DNA of 63,376 nt, the filler included, from Olpidium bornovanus S191 (taxonomy: Eukaryota > Fungi > Olpidiomycota): NCBI GenBank assembly GCA_017911155.1. It is 30 parts of 30 records of this genome, joined end to end, with 100 filler letters (N's around TTAATTAATTAA, not from the genome) between each part and the next. Parts side by side here need not be neighbours in the genome. Positions count along the whole stretch, not along the records: positions 34,133 to 44,596 come from JAEFCI010005746.1; positions 44,697 to 45,750 come from JAEFCI010008088.1; positions 45,851 to 46,955 come from JAEFCI010012508.1; positions 47,056 to 48,333 come from JAEFCI010002967.1; positions 48,434 to 50,601 come from JAEFCI010008401.1; 25 more parts are not named here. The stretch is one strand, 5' to 3'. The notes under the pieces are model-generated. The model searched no databases and was not told the DNA's origin. It worked only from the letters and a program-made list of their open reading frames with translations. This document shows positions 36,856-49,439 of the stretch, in pieces; the first letter of the stretch is position 1, and every line of letters starts with the position of its first letter. A program made the translations under genes and the position numbers.

Positions 36856-39506
36856 TCACATCCGCTGCAGCGGTTTTAGTCCGATCATGCGCATCGCGTT
36901 GCCCAGGGTGACGCATGCCGCCTGGTACAAGCATGCGCGGGCATGGGCCAGCTCGCGCGGCTGGTTGGCGACCCAGATAGACTCCCAAGCAACGGACACC
37001 TGGTGGGAGACGCGGAACGCGTATGTGCACACCGTGCACGGCTCGAGATTGCTCTGCGCTGCGCGGACGACATCAGGCCAGTCGGCCAGCACGGACACGA
37101 GGGCAAGCGTCGCCTTTTCGGTGAGGAGGCTCAGGTCCGCCTCCATCACGTTGGGCGCGAATCCATTCTGCTCGACGAACGTGCGCTCCACCGAGCACAG
37201 CCGTGCATGGGCGTATTGCAGGTAAGGTCCGGTGTCCCCCTCGAACGACAGCATGCGCTTCCAATCGAAGGAATAGTTCTTGATGCGGCGAGCCTGCATG
37301 TCCTGCACGATGATTGCGGTGATCCCCACGCAATCTGCTACAACCTCTGGGAACTGTATCTGGGCGTACTTATCGGGATTGCCTTTCATCACCTCGTGCA
37401 TCGTCTCTCCGGCGTTGTCAAGCATGTCTTCCAGGAACACAACGTTACCACGGCGGGGGGCCATGCCGAGAACCATACCGTGATTGACGTGCAAGCAGCT
37501 GGTAGCAAAAGGGAATCCGGCTAGTTCGAGGATTTTGAACAGCTGCTTCAGGTGAAGATCCTGCTGGCTCGCTACCACGTAAATCATCTTGTCAAACTTG
37601 TATCGCTCGTGCCGCTCCATCGCCGCACCGATGTCACGGGTGATGTACAGAGTTGTCCCATCCGACTTCTGCACGATTGCCTTGCCCATCTTGTACTCAG
37701 TGAGGTCGATGATCTCGGCGCCCTCTGACGGTATTAAAAGGTCCTTATCTCGCAAAATCTTAATCGCACGATACATGGCATCGGTCACCTGCGACTCCCC
37801 GGAGTATACGTCAAACTCGACACCGAGGCGAGCGTAAATTTTTTTGTACTTCTCGATAGACAAATCGCGGAAACGAGACCATAGCTTGAGTGACTCGGCA
37901 TCGCCTAAAAAACATAAAGAAGTAGGAGTGTCTGAATATGGAAAACATGGATGTCTGGTTCCCAACTTTGTCCCTGGAGCTGCGCTAACCATCCTCCATC
38001 TGTTTGAAGTATGCCCGAGCCTCGTCATGAATGCTCGGATCCGTTTCTGCTTCGGCATTAATCTTGACGTAGACGTCGAACAAGTGCTTGATAGGATCTG
38101 CAGCCAACTCTTCTTCGGAACCAAAGCGCTTATAACCGACAGCGAGCAAGCCTCCAAACAAAAACCCGAAATCAACAAACAAATCAATTCGAATGGATGA
38201 AAAAATGGAAAACGAAAAACAGAGGGTAAAACAAACACCACTGACCATATTGCTTCCCCCAATCGCCAAGGTAATTCATGGCGATGGCGGTCCACCCGCT
38301 GGCAACATGGATGTTCTTTACAAAGTTGCCGATAATTGTACTGCGAAGGTGACCGGCATGAAAGGGCTTTGCAATGTTTGGGCTGCTGAATTCGACAATG
38401 ATGCGCTTGCCCTTCCCGGAAGAATTCGAACCATATTTCTCTCGCATGGTACCGATAAGCTTCCGCAGGACCAACTCTATACGCTTATCCTGGGCGGTTA
38501 CAAAATTGATGAACGGCCCTTTGCAGTTCGTGTTGGTGATATACTCATTGCAGGCAAACTGGGGGATGCAAAAAGTATTGAATAATCGGTAAGCATTCGA
38601 CAGGAGACAGGGTGGCCCGCCTCGCAGGAAAGATGGGGAATGTCGGCAAAGCGTTGGCGCCCAGCACACAACGGCGATCACCTTCTCGCTGAACTCCTTC
38701 GCGAGTTGTATCGGATTTCCACTCAGACGGAGCTTAGGTACGGCCATGGCGTAGTCACCAAGGTCGTTGCCCTTCGGAATGTCAATCATGTCAATGATTT
38801 TCTCGGCGGGAACCTCTGTGAGACGCGACATTTCCGACGCGATCATGTTGCGATAGAAGTCGTGCATGTTGGTATGCGGCTCAGTACCGGGTAGCTCAGA
38901 AACGCTGGCTGACGCGTCGCCGGCGCCACCGCCGCCCGGGCACTCCTTCGCGGCTTCGGCGAGGCGCGCATCGACGACCTCCACGGCATGCTTAGCCTCC
39001 GGAAGAGCTTCGACAATCTCCATCCAGGTGTTTATATTCGGCGAGAATTGTTTCCTGTCCTTCTTAGCGCGAAGCACCGCCCACGCCGCAAAGTCCGCGA
39101 TAGTTCGCGCCGGTGTCCCAGCAAGGAACGCCGGGTGGGGTTTGGAAGGCGACGCGGCGAGCAGCCTGTCGAGGAGCGCGACGAGGTCATCCAGCCGCGC
39201 GGCGTCCCTGTTCGCGAGCCGCACCGCCTCCAAAACTTCGTCCACAAGCGGGCCCGCTGTGGAGCCCGCCGTCTCGTCGTACAATTCCGTCCCAGACGTC
39301 GCGCTCGCCTCCCGGGCGAAGAATCGGAGAATGTTCACGCCGGTCGGCGCCGGACCCTTCGCCCCCGGCCGGAGCAAGGACGTGTCAACCGACGCAGGAG
39401 CGACCGTAAGCTTGAGCGGCTTTTGGGGCCCTGGCGCAGAAGCGCAGCAGGCGTACACCGCGACGTGGGCATAGGGCGGCGCCGACGCCGAGAAAAGCAG
39501 CTCCAT
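36856..39506 (-). CDS. RARS: Arginyl-tRNA synthetase with N-terminal GST-like domain, complete, 4 exons
   Basis: Exons about 39506-38682, 38558-38246, 38151-37990, 37904-36856; EFSSPNIAKPFHAGHLRSTIIGN, NYLGDWGKQYG, DGTTLYITRDIGAA, YVVASQQDLH, FEGDTGPYLQYAHARL, GLKPLQRM-stop. Confidence 0.97.
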
Positions 39507-41164
39507 CTCCGAGGCCTAAAAGGACGGCGTTGTTCGGAAGTTGTTTAGGACTCGTGGTGGCGGGTGGGGGGGAGGAGGGGCAACTCTGTTGAGTCTTTTG
39601 GAGCCGGAAGGAGAACTGAGGAGAACCCGCAGCGAGCCCGTGTGAACAGAGCCCAAGGAAGGAAGGTATTTGAGGCGTCACGTTGCCATCTCTGCTAGGC
39701 CTAATTTACTCGCGGCCTATTTCCACCTTTTCACCTTTACTTCCACCAAAATCCGCTCGAGAACGTCACGCGGTCAGCGTGTGCTGGCGCCTTTTTTTTG
39801 CGCAGCTCAAGGCCATATGGGTTCACTACTTCCGCCTCGGGGAGCTTTACTGCTTCCTCAGAGGTGACCCCAGGGTCACCGCTGTTACCAGCCCGGAGAA
39901 GATAGTCCCCGTCAAAAAGATTCATCGTAAAGTCTGCGGCGAATCTGCAAATCCTGCGGATCTGCAAATCTTATGGTCACCCTTCGCCTTGGCTTTTCTG
40001 CGCTGTCGCTGTCGCAGTTGTCATTGACAGCTTCCAGGATTTGTCCGCCATACTCCTCCTTCGAGTCCCCTTCTGTTGAAATGTCCTTCCCTTCGCTGTC
40101 TGTTTTGGGGAGTTACCGTCATCTTCAGCTTCCTCACTGAACTCCTCCGTTCCGTCCCACTCCCCCGTTTGTGGCGACGCATCCGAGTCCGCTCCTTCAA
40201 AATCATCATGTGCCCCCATGGATCCCGCTCGCCCTTCAGCGCCGAAATGGGTGTTATGGTCGTTGCAGGCCAACCCGCGAATCTCTTCACAACACAAGAA
40301 CCAACTGCTGCGTCTACAGCAACCACTCAAGCGGGATCTGAATAATACTCCGAATCAACGGGCCCGACGTTTTGAAAAGCGATCGCCCAAACCCGAGAAA
40401 ATATTGCAGACAGGCGCGCGCTTTAGAAGGAGTATCCGGTCGGCCAGGCACAACTTGGGAAGGAGTGGCGGTGGGGGGGGTTCACCTGTCGGGACCAAAA
40501 ACCCGGTAACAACGACAACCGAGAGAAATATGAAATATGTTCGGAGCGAAAAAGCAGTGATGTCGCAGGACGCCACTCCACTCGGACGGCAGCAAAGCCC
40601 ACGTGGGATGCAACACTGCGGGTTTGGGGCGGGGAAGGTTGCCAATAAACTTTTGGTGTCACGTGACATTGGGAGGTATGTTGCGGCTCCTCCCGCAAAT
40701 GAGCGAACCGCGAGCAGGAATTTTTTATTTTGGTTCTTAAGGATCCACGTGGGCACGCCCACCACCCCCCCTCCCCTCGGCTCCCCTGCCCCTCCTCCAT
40801 CCTGCAGCCCCGACCCAACCCGCCCATTCCCCAACTTTGCCTCCTCTTTCCCCTTCTCCCGCCGCAACAAATCTCCGCCTGTCTTGCGCAAGACTCCGTG
40901 GTAATTATCTCCCCGCCAGGGATGTCTGTTGAGTAATCCCACCATCTCCGCACAACCGTTCATCGGCTGCGCTGACTTCAGCAACTAAAGGAAAAGATTC
41001 ATTTCTCGCTTTCGTCCGTCCCCGCTTGCGATCCGCTGCGTGCAACTGCGGGGCCGGACCGTTGTTCTACTACCTGCAAACAAGGCTAACTCAAACCTCC
41101 CACGCACTACCCGCTAGCGCTTAATCTCTTACAGCAAAGTCAGTCGACGACTGGCTCGCAAGTA

Positions 41165-42978
41165 ATGCTATTCTCGCGAACGTTACTGGTGGCGACAGCA
41201 GCGGCGTCCTCATGCTTGATAGTCAATCTCGAAGCTGCGACCGGTATGTACAACCTGATTCCCTTGGATAATTGTCGTCCCGCAATGAGAAATTTGCACG
41301 CCGTCGTCGTCAAAGAATAACGCAGCATTTGCGCCCGCAGCTCAGCTGGTGTTCGCCTGTTACGCCGACTCAGGTTTTCCGGGAGCACCGCAGGCGGTGG
41401 CTGTACGTGCTTTTTGCTTTGTTTTAGAGATGTTCGGGTGCGGCGACGGTAAACGGGGCAAGAGAGATGAGATTGACCGGTAAATGTTTGGCTTGCAGAA
41501 CGAAGCGGAGTGCCGTAAGCAGTGCGCAGCCTCGCCGTTCGCCGCCATTCAAGTCAGGCTGGTGGGCTTGGCCGTCAACGGGCTCTGTCGGTGCGGAAAT
41601 GAACCTCCGGCGGTATGTTTCTCGGCCCCCGGGTGTTATCGTCCGTTTCCCGGACGAGCAGGCTGGCTGATGCGCGCGAAACGTTTTGGTTCTGCGCAGG
41701 GCGCGCAAAACGGAGTGTGCTCTACTCCCTGTGCGACTGGAGGAAACTGCGGCGGAACGTAAGTTTGGCGGGTGCTGGGGGCATGCGGCCGGCCTCGCTG
41801 GAGAGGGATGGCGTTCTTAGCGGCTAACGTTTCTCGCATTCGCTGACGCCTTCGGAATCGCGGAATCCGGCACACGCTCTCACAGCGGCGTGGAAGCGAT
41901 CTTGGACATCGCCGCCGGGGACCCCGCTCCGCAACCGAATCCCGCCGAGCCCGCGCTTCCGGCGCGCGGCCTTGTGGCGCCTAGCCTTTTGGCACCCGCA
42001 CTTGAAACGCCCGCCCTTGGAGCGCCCGCCCTTGGAGCGCCCGCCCTTGGAGCGCCCGCCCTTGGAGCGCCCGCCCTTGGAACACCCGCAGTTGCGGCGC
42101 CCAACGGCACCTCGACCGGCTTGCCCGCGCCACCAACCGCTGCTCCTATTCCGGCCCGTCAGCCGAGGCAGCCGGTGCGGCCGACGAATGAGACCGTCGC
42201 CTCTCCTACGGTCACGAAGCAGGTCCGCACCGCTCCGACCGAAAGCTCCGGCGGGCTCCCTTCGTCTCTGCTGATAACCGGCGGGACCATTTTGGGCGTG
42301 ATCCTCCTCGTGCCGTTCGTGGTCGTGAGCTGTCTCCGGTACCAGCGCCGGCGGGTCAACGCTGAGAAGCCCGAGTTGCCCTACAACTCCACCGCGAAGA
42401 GATTGCGTCCCGTGTCGTCAACCATGTTTCTGGAGGAGCCGCCCGCGTTTCCAGAAATGCGGGCCTCACGCGGCAGCGTGAACTCCCCCTCCCCCGTGAG
42501 CTCGGCGTACCGCATGCAGCCGAACTACCCCCATGCCCCGTCGCCGTCGCCGTTGTCGCTGGGTCCGACGGGGATGGGGGGCTATTTCGTCCCCACCAAC
42601 ACTCATTCCGTCTACTCCCGCCCGGTCTCGAAAACGTCGTCCTCGTTTTCATCCCAGGGCTCCCAGAATCCGCCTGACGGGCACATCCCGGCTTCGCAGC
42701 CGCTTGCGTTCAACCACAGCGTCGCGCCGCAGGTCCCTGTGGTCGCGAGCACCACCATCTACGCAAGCGACTACGGCGGCTACGACGAGGTCTCGCCCGG
42801 CCCCGCCCAGTCTCAGGTGTACATCGGGGCCGGAAACAATCTCAACATTGTCCCCCAGCTCCCCTTCGACATCGATTACGACAACTTCAACGGCGTCGTC
42901 CCGACCCCGGAGCTGTCGTCTGGTCCGTACATAACCAACCCGGAGCAGGAGGAGACGGGCCACTACGCACCACCGTGA
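41165..42978 (+). CDS. WSC-domain single-pass membrane protein (cell-wall sensor-like)
   Basis: Signal peptide MLFSRTLLVATAAASSCLIV; Cys pattern ECRKQC..GLCRCGN..CSTPC...NCGG; Pro/Ala stalk; TM LLITGGTILGVILLVPFVVVSCL then RYQRRR. Small 5' exons not fully resolved. Confidence 0.75.
42005..42085 (+). repeat. 15-bp coding tandem repeat (ALGAP, about 5 copies)
   Basis: gcccgcccttggagc repeated in frame. Confidence 0.92.
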
Positions 42979-44354
42979 GCCTACCCCGCCTCCCTCCTTT
43001 CTCCTCCTTCTCCCGCGCGCGCACGGTGATTTTGCTCCGGTTTAGGCTTGGCGCTTGGCGGCCGGAAACCAAAAAAAAGTAAAAGAAAGTAAAAAAAAAA
43101 AAAAAAAAAGTCCACGCCGCGAAGATCGAAACCGCAAATCGGTGCGACCCGCAAAGAAATGCATCCACAAATGCCAGAACGGAGCTTTCCGCGTCCGCTC
43201 TTTAATATATCCGCTCTGCTTGTGACCATTTTAGCATAATACAATTGGCGGTTTAACGCGTGCGCGAACAGCCTCTTGAATCTCAAGAGTTGCTCGCGTT
43301 TCCGCAGCCGCACTTTCTCATCCCCCTTTCCCTTCCTCACATCCTTTCCTCACTTTCTGGCCCCGACCAGAAATTACGGTAATTTATGAAAACGAAACCA
43401 ATTAGAGTGCATTCAACAAAAATAACGCTAAGTGTGTTCCTGGTGGTTCCAGGCTTGCTATAGCCGAATCCGGCGAGCTGGGAAAGTGGAGCTGTTTGTG
43501 GTGGTGGTGGTTGTGAGACCGGGGCTTCAAACGGCGAGTGTTCCTACGAGGCGTGCTGGTTACTGGAGGGGGCGCAGGCCACCCGCCCGTCGCACGACCG
43601 CACTGTACAGGTGCAGCGCATTTTGCCGTGGCGCGTTTGGCAAGAACTTCCAGAACACCCGGCGAAACGCTCCCCGGGCGTTTTCGGCGGCCAAATTCGC
43701 TGTAAAGCCAGCGCGTACACCACTCAAATCCCGCCCTTCATTGCTGCGCCGCGGCGCCTTCCCCAAAGCATTGTGCAAGCGTCGGTGGGAACAAAGAAAG
43801 AAAGCATCACGGGCTGCACAGATGCGTTCCGAGCTCAGACCTTTCACAGCGCCAACCCCCACCCCAGCTTCGGCGCTACACGCGATCTGCAGAGAGTTTG
43901 GGCCCCACGCACACATGACCTGATGGCTTTGGCCTGGATCGCTTTTGCCCCCGGCGAGAGAAGTCGGGCTCGCTGAGTCCATGCAGTTTGATCTTCCCCC
44001 TGCCTCCGCCCCGCGAAAAACACACAGACACACACAAAAAAAAATACCCGATGTGTTCGCTCTGCCCGCCAAGGGAAACTCACAAAAGACTTCCCGCTCG
44101 GTCCAAGTTCAGTGGTGCGTTCGGTCTTTTACCTTCCGTCAGCCAGGTGGCGTGGCCGCACTCTGCGCGCAGTGCCGACGGATCCCGACCTCGCCGGAGA
44201 GTACGGGACACGTGCCCGCAATTCCCTCAGGCACGGGCACGGCGGCAGCCCGGTTTTCACAGTGCAGTTTTAGGGGGGATGCGCAGAGACACTGCCGAGT
44301 AGATGAGGAGGGCGCGCGTTTGTAGCGCGCCGTGGTGAGGCGCATTCACTCGAG

Positions 44355-44575
44355 CGCGTTCCCTTTCGCCGCAGCTGACTGGGTGCAGAGATGCTTGTCT
44401 CTGTGACGAGTTCGTTCCCTCTAACCGGGCCTACCCGGTTGGAGAGAAGCGTGCCTCTCGTGCCGAGCGCGTTTACTCTCACTAAGGCCGGGCGTTTGCA
44501 GAGAAGCGTGACTCTGTGGAACGCGTTCCCGCTCACTAAGGCCTGCTTCTGCAGAGAAGCTCGCTTCTCTCTCTC
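44355..44575. repeat. Degenerate tandem repeat of about 55 bp, 4 copies
   Basis: Units begin ga(g/a)cgcgtt and contain tgcagagaagc; two contain ctcactaaggcc. Confidence 0.7.
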
Positions 44576-45275
44576 GACGTCCATTGGACGCACATGNNNN
44601 NNNNNNNNNNNNNNNNNNNNNNNNNNNNNNNNNNNNNNNNTTAATTAATTAANNNNNNNNNNNNNNNNNNNNNNNNNNNNNNNNNNNNNNNNNNNNCATG
44701 AGCGGTGCGCCCGGTGGCGTGCCCCCGCCGCGCCTCCCAGCACATCCCCGCGCTGTAGAATGAAATACGGCAACCCACGGCCGATGTGCCTATCAATCAA
44801 GCACAGCACGGTCTTGCCATATCCGCATTCCATCAGTCTCACAAAAACGGCCAACATAACCAGCTTCTGCCACGTGCTGCCGCCAAACTTTTCTGTTTTC
44901 GTTCGTGCATTCGGGGCGAGAGGGTTAAACCTTACTCCGGTTGCACCTAATCTTCAAAGGATCTCATCCGTGTCCAGGAGTAAACACCGGTTTTGGCGCG
45001 CCAGCCACCGGGGTGGTCCTTCGAGGCGCCACTGTCGCAAAGTAGGGTGAATCTCTAGCGCACACAGTCTCACATCCGTTCGAATTTGCGTCGAAGGAAA
45101 GTCAAAAAGGCCGGGCTTTTTTTTTTCTTGACGTTCGGCGATTTCCACGCCAATTAGCGCAGCACGTGTTCCCGATTGTCCATTTGTGGGTTTCGAGCGT
45201 GCAGTTTCCTTAAAGGCCACATCTCGGGGCCGGTTGTATTTCCAAAACCGCGAAACGTTGCGGGGTTCGATTAGT

Positions 45276-45750
45276 TTATTTTTGGAGGGAATACGACGCC
45301 GTTGCACTCGTGCCGCACCAGGGGCAGAGCTTCTGTGACATCACAAATCGGTTCCAGTCATCCTTGTTGGCGTAGCGGCCGCACGATGAGCACTTAACCT
45401 TATTCCTCAACAGTGGATACCCTAGAATCTCGCGGAAAAGACGGGGCGGGGGGGGGAGGGAAGTCAATATTTTACATTTACCGGTCGGTCTTATCTGTGG
45501 TCGAAGGAGGGCAGGGGAAGGGGATGAAAGCCCTCCTTCGGCTTCTGGTTTTCCCACCTGTGACGATGCACGGTTCCGACCGATCGCCGCAGCTGTAGCA
45601 CGTCAATGAGGCCTCGTATATGCGCTTGTTGCAAGATTCGCACTCCCGGGTCGCGAGCTCCTGAGACACCTTTTGATCCAGTGAGACAGCCAGGACCCAT
45701 TCCCGCGCTTCTTCCCGTTTTGCTTCCTGGAAAGAACGGAAGGGGAAAAG
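45276..45750 (-). CDS. IFT172: Intraflagellar transport protein 172, last two exons
   Basis: EEAREWVLAVSLDQKVSQEL; YEASL; PCIVTGYPLLRNK; ANKDDWNRFVM; WCG. Confidence 0.9.
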
Positions 45751-45858
45751 NNNNNNNNNNNNNNNNNNNNNNNNNNNNNNNNNNNNNNNNNNNNTTAATT
45801 AATTAANNNNNNNNNNNNNNNNNNNNNNNNNNNNNNNNNNNNNNNNNNNNCTCTCCTC

Positions 45859-45928
<70 letters not shown>

Positions 45929-46022
45929 AAGTCCCGTGAGGGGCCCCGGGGCCGGGCCGGCCCACACCCGGCCCCTTCTTATCCCCTTTTCCCCTTTTCC
46001 CCCGTCGTCTCGTCCTCCTCAC

Positions 46023-46870
46023 CTGTCTCTGCTTCTCCATCACGGCCTCCAGGTGGGCGTTCCGCAGCGTCGCCTCGTCCAGCTGCCGCCGGAGCTCGTT
46101 CGCGAGGTCGTCCTTGACGGCCAGCGCCTGCCGGACGCGGTGCTCCACCACCTCGAGCGCCTCGGCCTTTGCGCGGTCGAGCTCCTCCATCTCGGCGCGG
46201 TGCCGCCGCTTCGCCGCCTCCGCCTGCTCCTGCTGCCGCGCGAGCTGGTTCTGCAGCGACTCGAACACCGTCGCCCGCTGCGTGAGCTGGTCCTCGAACT
46301 CGCGGCCTGAACGACAAAAGAAACGACGACGACGACGACAACAGCAACAACAACAACAACGAAAAATTAAGAAAAAAATTACTGTCCAGGTTAGAAAAGA
46401 GGCAAAGCGGGGGGAACTGGGAAAAACAAAACAGCAGTTTAAATTATTTTTTTCTTTAAGGAAAAAAAAAAAAAAAAATGAAAAACCCCCACGTATGGTC
46501 TCGGACAGGGCCTGCTCGTCCTGCCTGAGCCTGGCCAGCTCGGTCCTCTGCTGCCTGACGACGTTGTCGCGGGCGAGCGACTCGTGCTGGAGCCGCATGA
46601 CCTCCTTCTGCAGGGCCCGCTTCTGCCCGTCGGCCTGCTCCGCGGCCTTCTCCGCCCCGACCGCCCGGTCCAGCGCGAGCCCCGCCTGGTCGCGCAGCTG
46701 CCGGACCTCGTCCGCGTGGTGCGCCCGCAGCCGCTCGACCTCCATGCGGTGCCGCCGCCCGGCCTCGCTGGCGTTCGAGTCCGTCTCGGACTCCAGCCGG
46801 AGTATCACCATCTCGATCTCCGCGTCCCGCTCCTGCGTGAGCTTTTCCCGCAGCTGCTTCTGCGAGGCGG
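46023..46870 (-). CDS. CEP131: Centrosomal protein CEP131/AZI1-like C-terminal coiled coil (partial)
   Basis: RDAEIEMVILRLESE and LEVVEHRVRQALAVKDDLANELRRQLDEATLRNAHLEAVME resemble the CEP131 C-terminus as I recall it. Confidence 0.7.
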
Positions 46871-46888
46871 GAGGGAAGGCGGGGGGGG

Positions 46889-46923
<35 letters not shown>

Positions 46924-47350
46924 AAGGGGGGGAGGGCGAGCGCTCGCGCGCGCGCNNNNNNNNNNNNNNNNNNNNNNNNNNNNNNNNNNNNNNNNNNNNT
47001 TAATTAATTAANNNNNNNNNNNNNNNNNNNNNNNNNNNNNNNNNNNNNNNNNNNNAGGAAGAGAGAAAGAGAGAGAGAGAGGTTCGGTAGGATCCGTCAA
47101 ATCCCTCCGGAGTAACGTTCAGATCTGCCGTGTGAGGAGGTTTTTTTTATAATTTTTTTTTTCTTTGTAATGCATGGGGAGAGTGGACGAACGGCCCCCT
47201 ACTCCTTCCGCTTTCTGGCCCTCACCCGCACCCGCCCGCACCACACACAGACACACACACACAGACACACACACACACACACACGCACGCACGCACCTGG
47301 GCAACGAGAAACGCGCCAGGGCGAGAGGGCGACACAACGCCAGATCCCTG

Positions 47351-48333
47351 ATGCTCCCGGCGTCGCCGCACGGGGCAGCGGCCAGAGGAGGAGGAGGAGG
47401 AGGAGCGGGTTCGCCGCTGCTGTCGGCCGGCGGCGCCGCGGTTGGCGGCGCCGCCCTGGTGTCACCAATGCACCCGCCGCCGCTCGGGGCATCTACGCCC
47501 CAACCGGCGTGGACGCCACCTACCCCAGTGACGCTGCCGTTTTTGGGTGCTGCCCCACCTCTTTCGCCGGCAACGCCGGGCGCTTTGGACTGGGTCGAGT
47601 ACAAGAGCGCCGAAGGGAAACCGTACTGGTGCGTGTTGGGCGACGCGAGCCCGCAACACTCGTGGCTGTACGGAACCTTGGGGTCCCAAACTGACGCGGA
47701 AACCACCACGAATACGCCTGCTCGTTGTTGCAGGTACAACAAGTCCACCAAGAAGAGCTCGTGGGATAAACCAGACGAACTGAAGACTCCAGAGGAGGTA
47801 ACCAGCCGCCCGAGGGTTCACCTTCCCGTGACCAGTGGACCTTTTCGTCGCTGACGTCGTTTCTTCGACGCCGGTGTGTAACCAGAGAGCGAAGGATGCC
47901 TCACCGTGGAAAGAGTTCAAAAACTCGGAAGGAAAGGCGTATTATTACAACACACAGACAAAGGTAACGACTTGGGACATTCCTGCTGAATATAAAGGTA
48001 TGAACATACATGGAAAACACGTGTCCTGCCCGTGGGCGTGCATCCTTTATTCGCTTTGCGCGACGCTCATTGCGCGTTTGCCTGAAAAACGTCAAAATTG
48101 CAGAACTTCTGGAACGGTTGCCTCCTTCACGACCAACGCGGCCGATGCCGACGCCGGTAACGCTGTTACCGCCCGGGCCTGCTCTCACTCCGGTAATGAC
48201 TGCCCCCGTCCCGTCACCGGTTGGTACACCCAGCCCCGCGACTGTTGGAAGCGCGAACGCGATACCGCTTGGACAAAAAGGGCGACTAGTAGGCGGTACA
48301 CCTGTGCCTATCCAGCCTAGCCCGATGGGCATG
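47351..48333 (+). CDS. PRP40: PRP40-like U1 snRNP protein, N-terminal tandem WW domains (partial)
   Basis: WVEYKSAEGKPYW|YNKSTKKSSWDKPDELKTPEE|RAKDASPWKEFKNSEGKAYYYNTQTKVTTWDIP. Confidence 0.88.
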
Positions 48334-48433
48334 NNNNNNNNNNNNNNNNNNNNNNNNNNNNNNNNNNNNNNNNNNNNTTAATTAATTAANNNNNNNNNNN
48401 NNNNNNNNNNNNNNNNNNNNNNNNNNNNNNNNN

Positions 48434-48836
48434 AGGCTTTGTTGCAATGCATAACAGCAAACCAATCTCCTGGAGGTGAGCCTGACAGAAATGCGTTACG
48501 ACTTCGTCGTGCAAGGTTTGCCGCCGGGTCCGCCGCTGGGCTGGAGATGGCATGGGTATGATCGGTCTTCAAGGCCATCGACCCCAATGTCATCAAGAAG
48601 CCAACGCCACTCCGCATAGACAACAACGGAGCTACGGAGCTTGCAACCAACAACAAGATCAAAAAGATCCAAGCACATTGATATCAGGTACTCATTTGAA
48701 GCCGTGCACCGCGGACGAAACCATTCAGACCAATCACGTCGCCTCCGCTGAGAGTCCAGTTGACCTCCCCCCGAAGCCGCTGGTGAAGGACAAGTTCACC
48801 ATGATGCTTGGCATGGGCGACACTCAGGGCGGGCGC
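48434..48836 (+). mobile_element. Degenerate Ty1/Copia retrotransposon, RNase H end plus putative polypurine tract
   Basis: Across stops and frameshifts: GFVAMHNSKPISWR..QKCVTTSS, PTPLRIDNNGATELA, SKHIDIRY, DLPPKPLVKDKF; then AGGGCGGGCGC followed by TG at 48837. Confidence 0.85.
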
Positions 48837-49313
48837 TGAACAACAAACTGCCTAGGTCGTCCCCCAGGAAGGAAACATGATTACAACCTTGCAAATTTTG
48901 CGAGGACCATGGGTTACGGCGCCCGCGATGAGAATCGTCGGAGAAAACGGGGGGATGGGGCTCAGGCCGAATCGAAGCGCATCTCTAGCGGCAGGAATAC
49001 GTCTTCCCATAAAGCCCCCACAGAACTCCCCGCTACAAAAAGTCCTCAGCCACAAAAGACTAGAAGCAGATAGCGGAAGGACGGCTTCCCCGCGGAGACT
49101 TGTTGAAAAGGCCTTCAACCGTCTTGAGCTCTGCGTCTTCCTGTTAATCGCGACGCCCCTTTCCTCGCCTCCCCTTCCTCCCGAGAAAAAGAGGAGCTTT
49201 TTTTTTCGTCGGCGCGTCGCACCAAAAAAAAAACACTGGCGGTTTACTTCCGCACGCACCCACTTTTCCCCTTCCCTTTCCCTCTTCCGCTTCCCCCTCG
49301 CCAACCCCCCTCG

Positions 49314-49357
<44 letters not shown>

Positions 49358-49359
49358 AC

Positions 49360-49402
<43 letters not shown>

Positions 49403-49439
49403 CGCCCCCCGGGGGCGCGCGCGCGTGCGCGCACGTTAC

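Noticed and set aside
37450-37470. Unusual ArgRS KMSKS-equivalent loop MAPRRG instead of the usual MSTR(K/R)G
   Set aside because: Two base changes that create a G6 run explain it, consistent with the G-run error pattern; needs raw reads before any claim.
39700-40350. Small ORFs upstream of ArgRS on both strands
   Set aside because: Could not assemble a consistent spliced model or recognise a domain.
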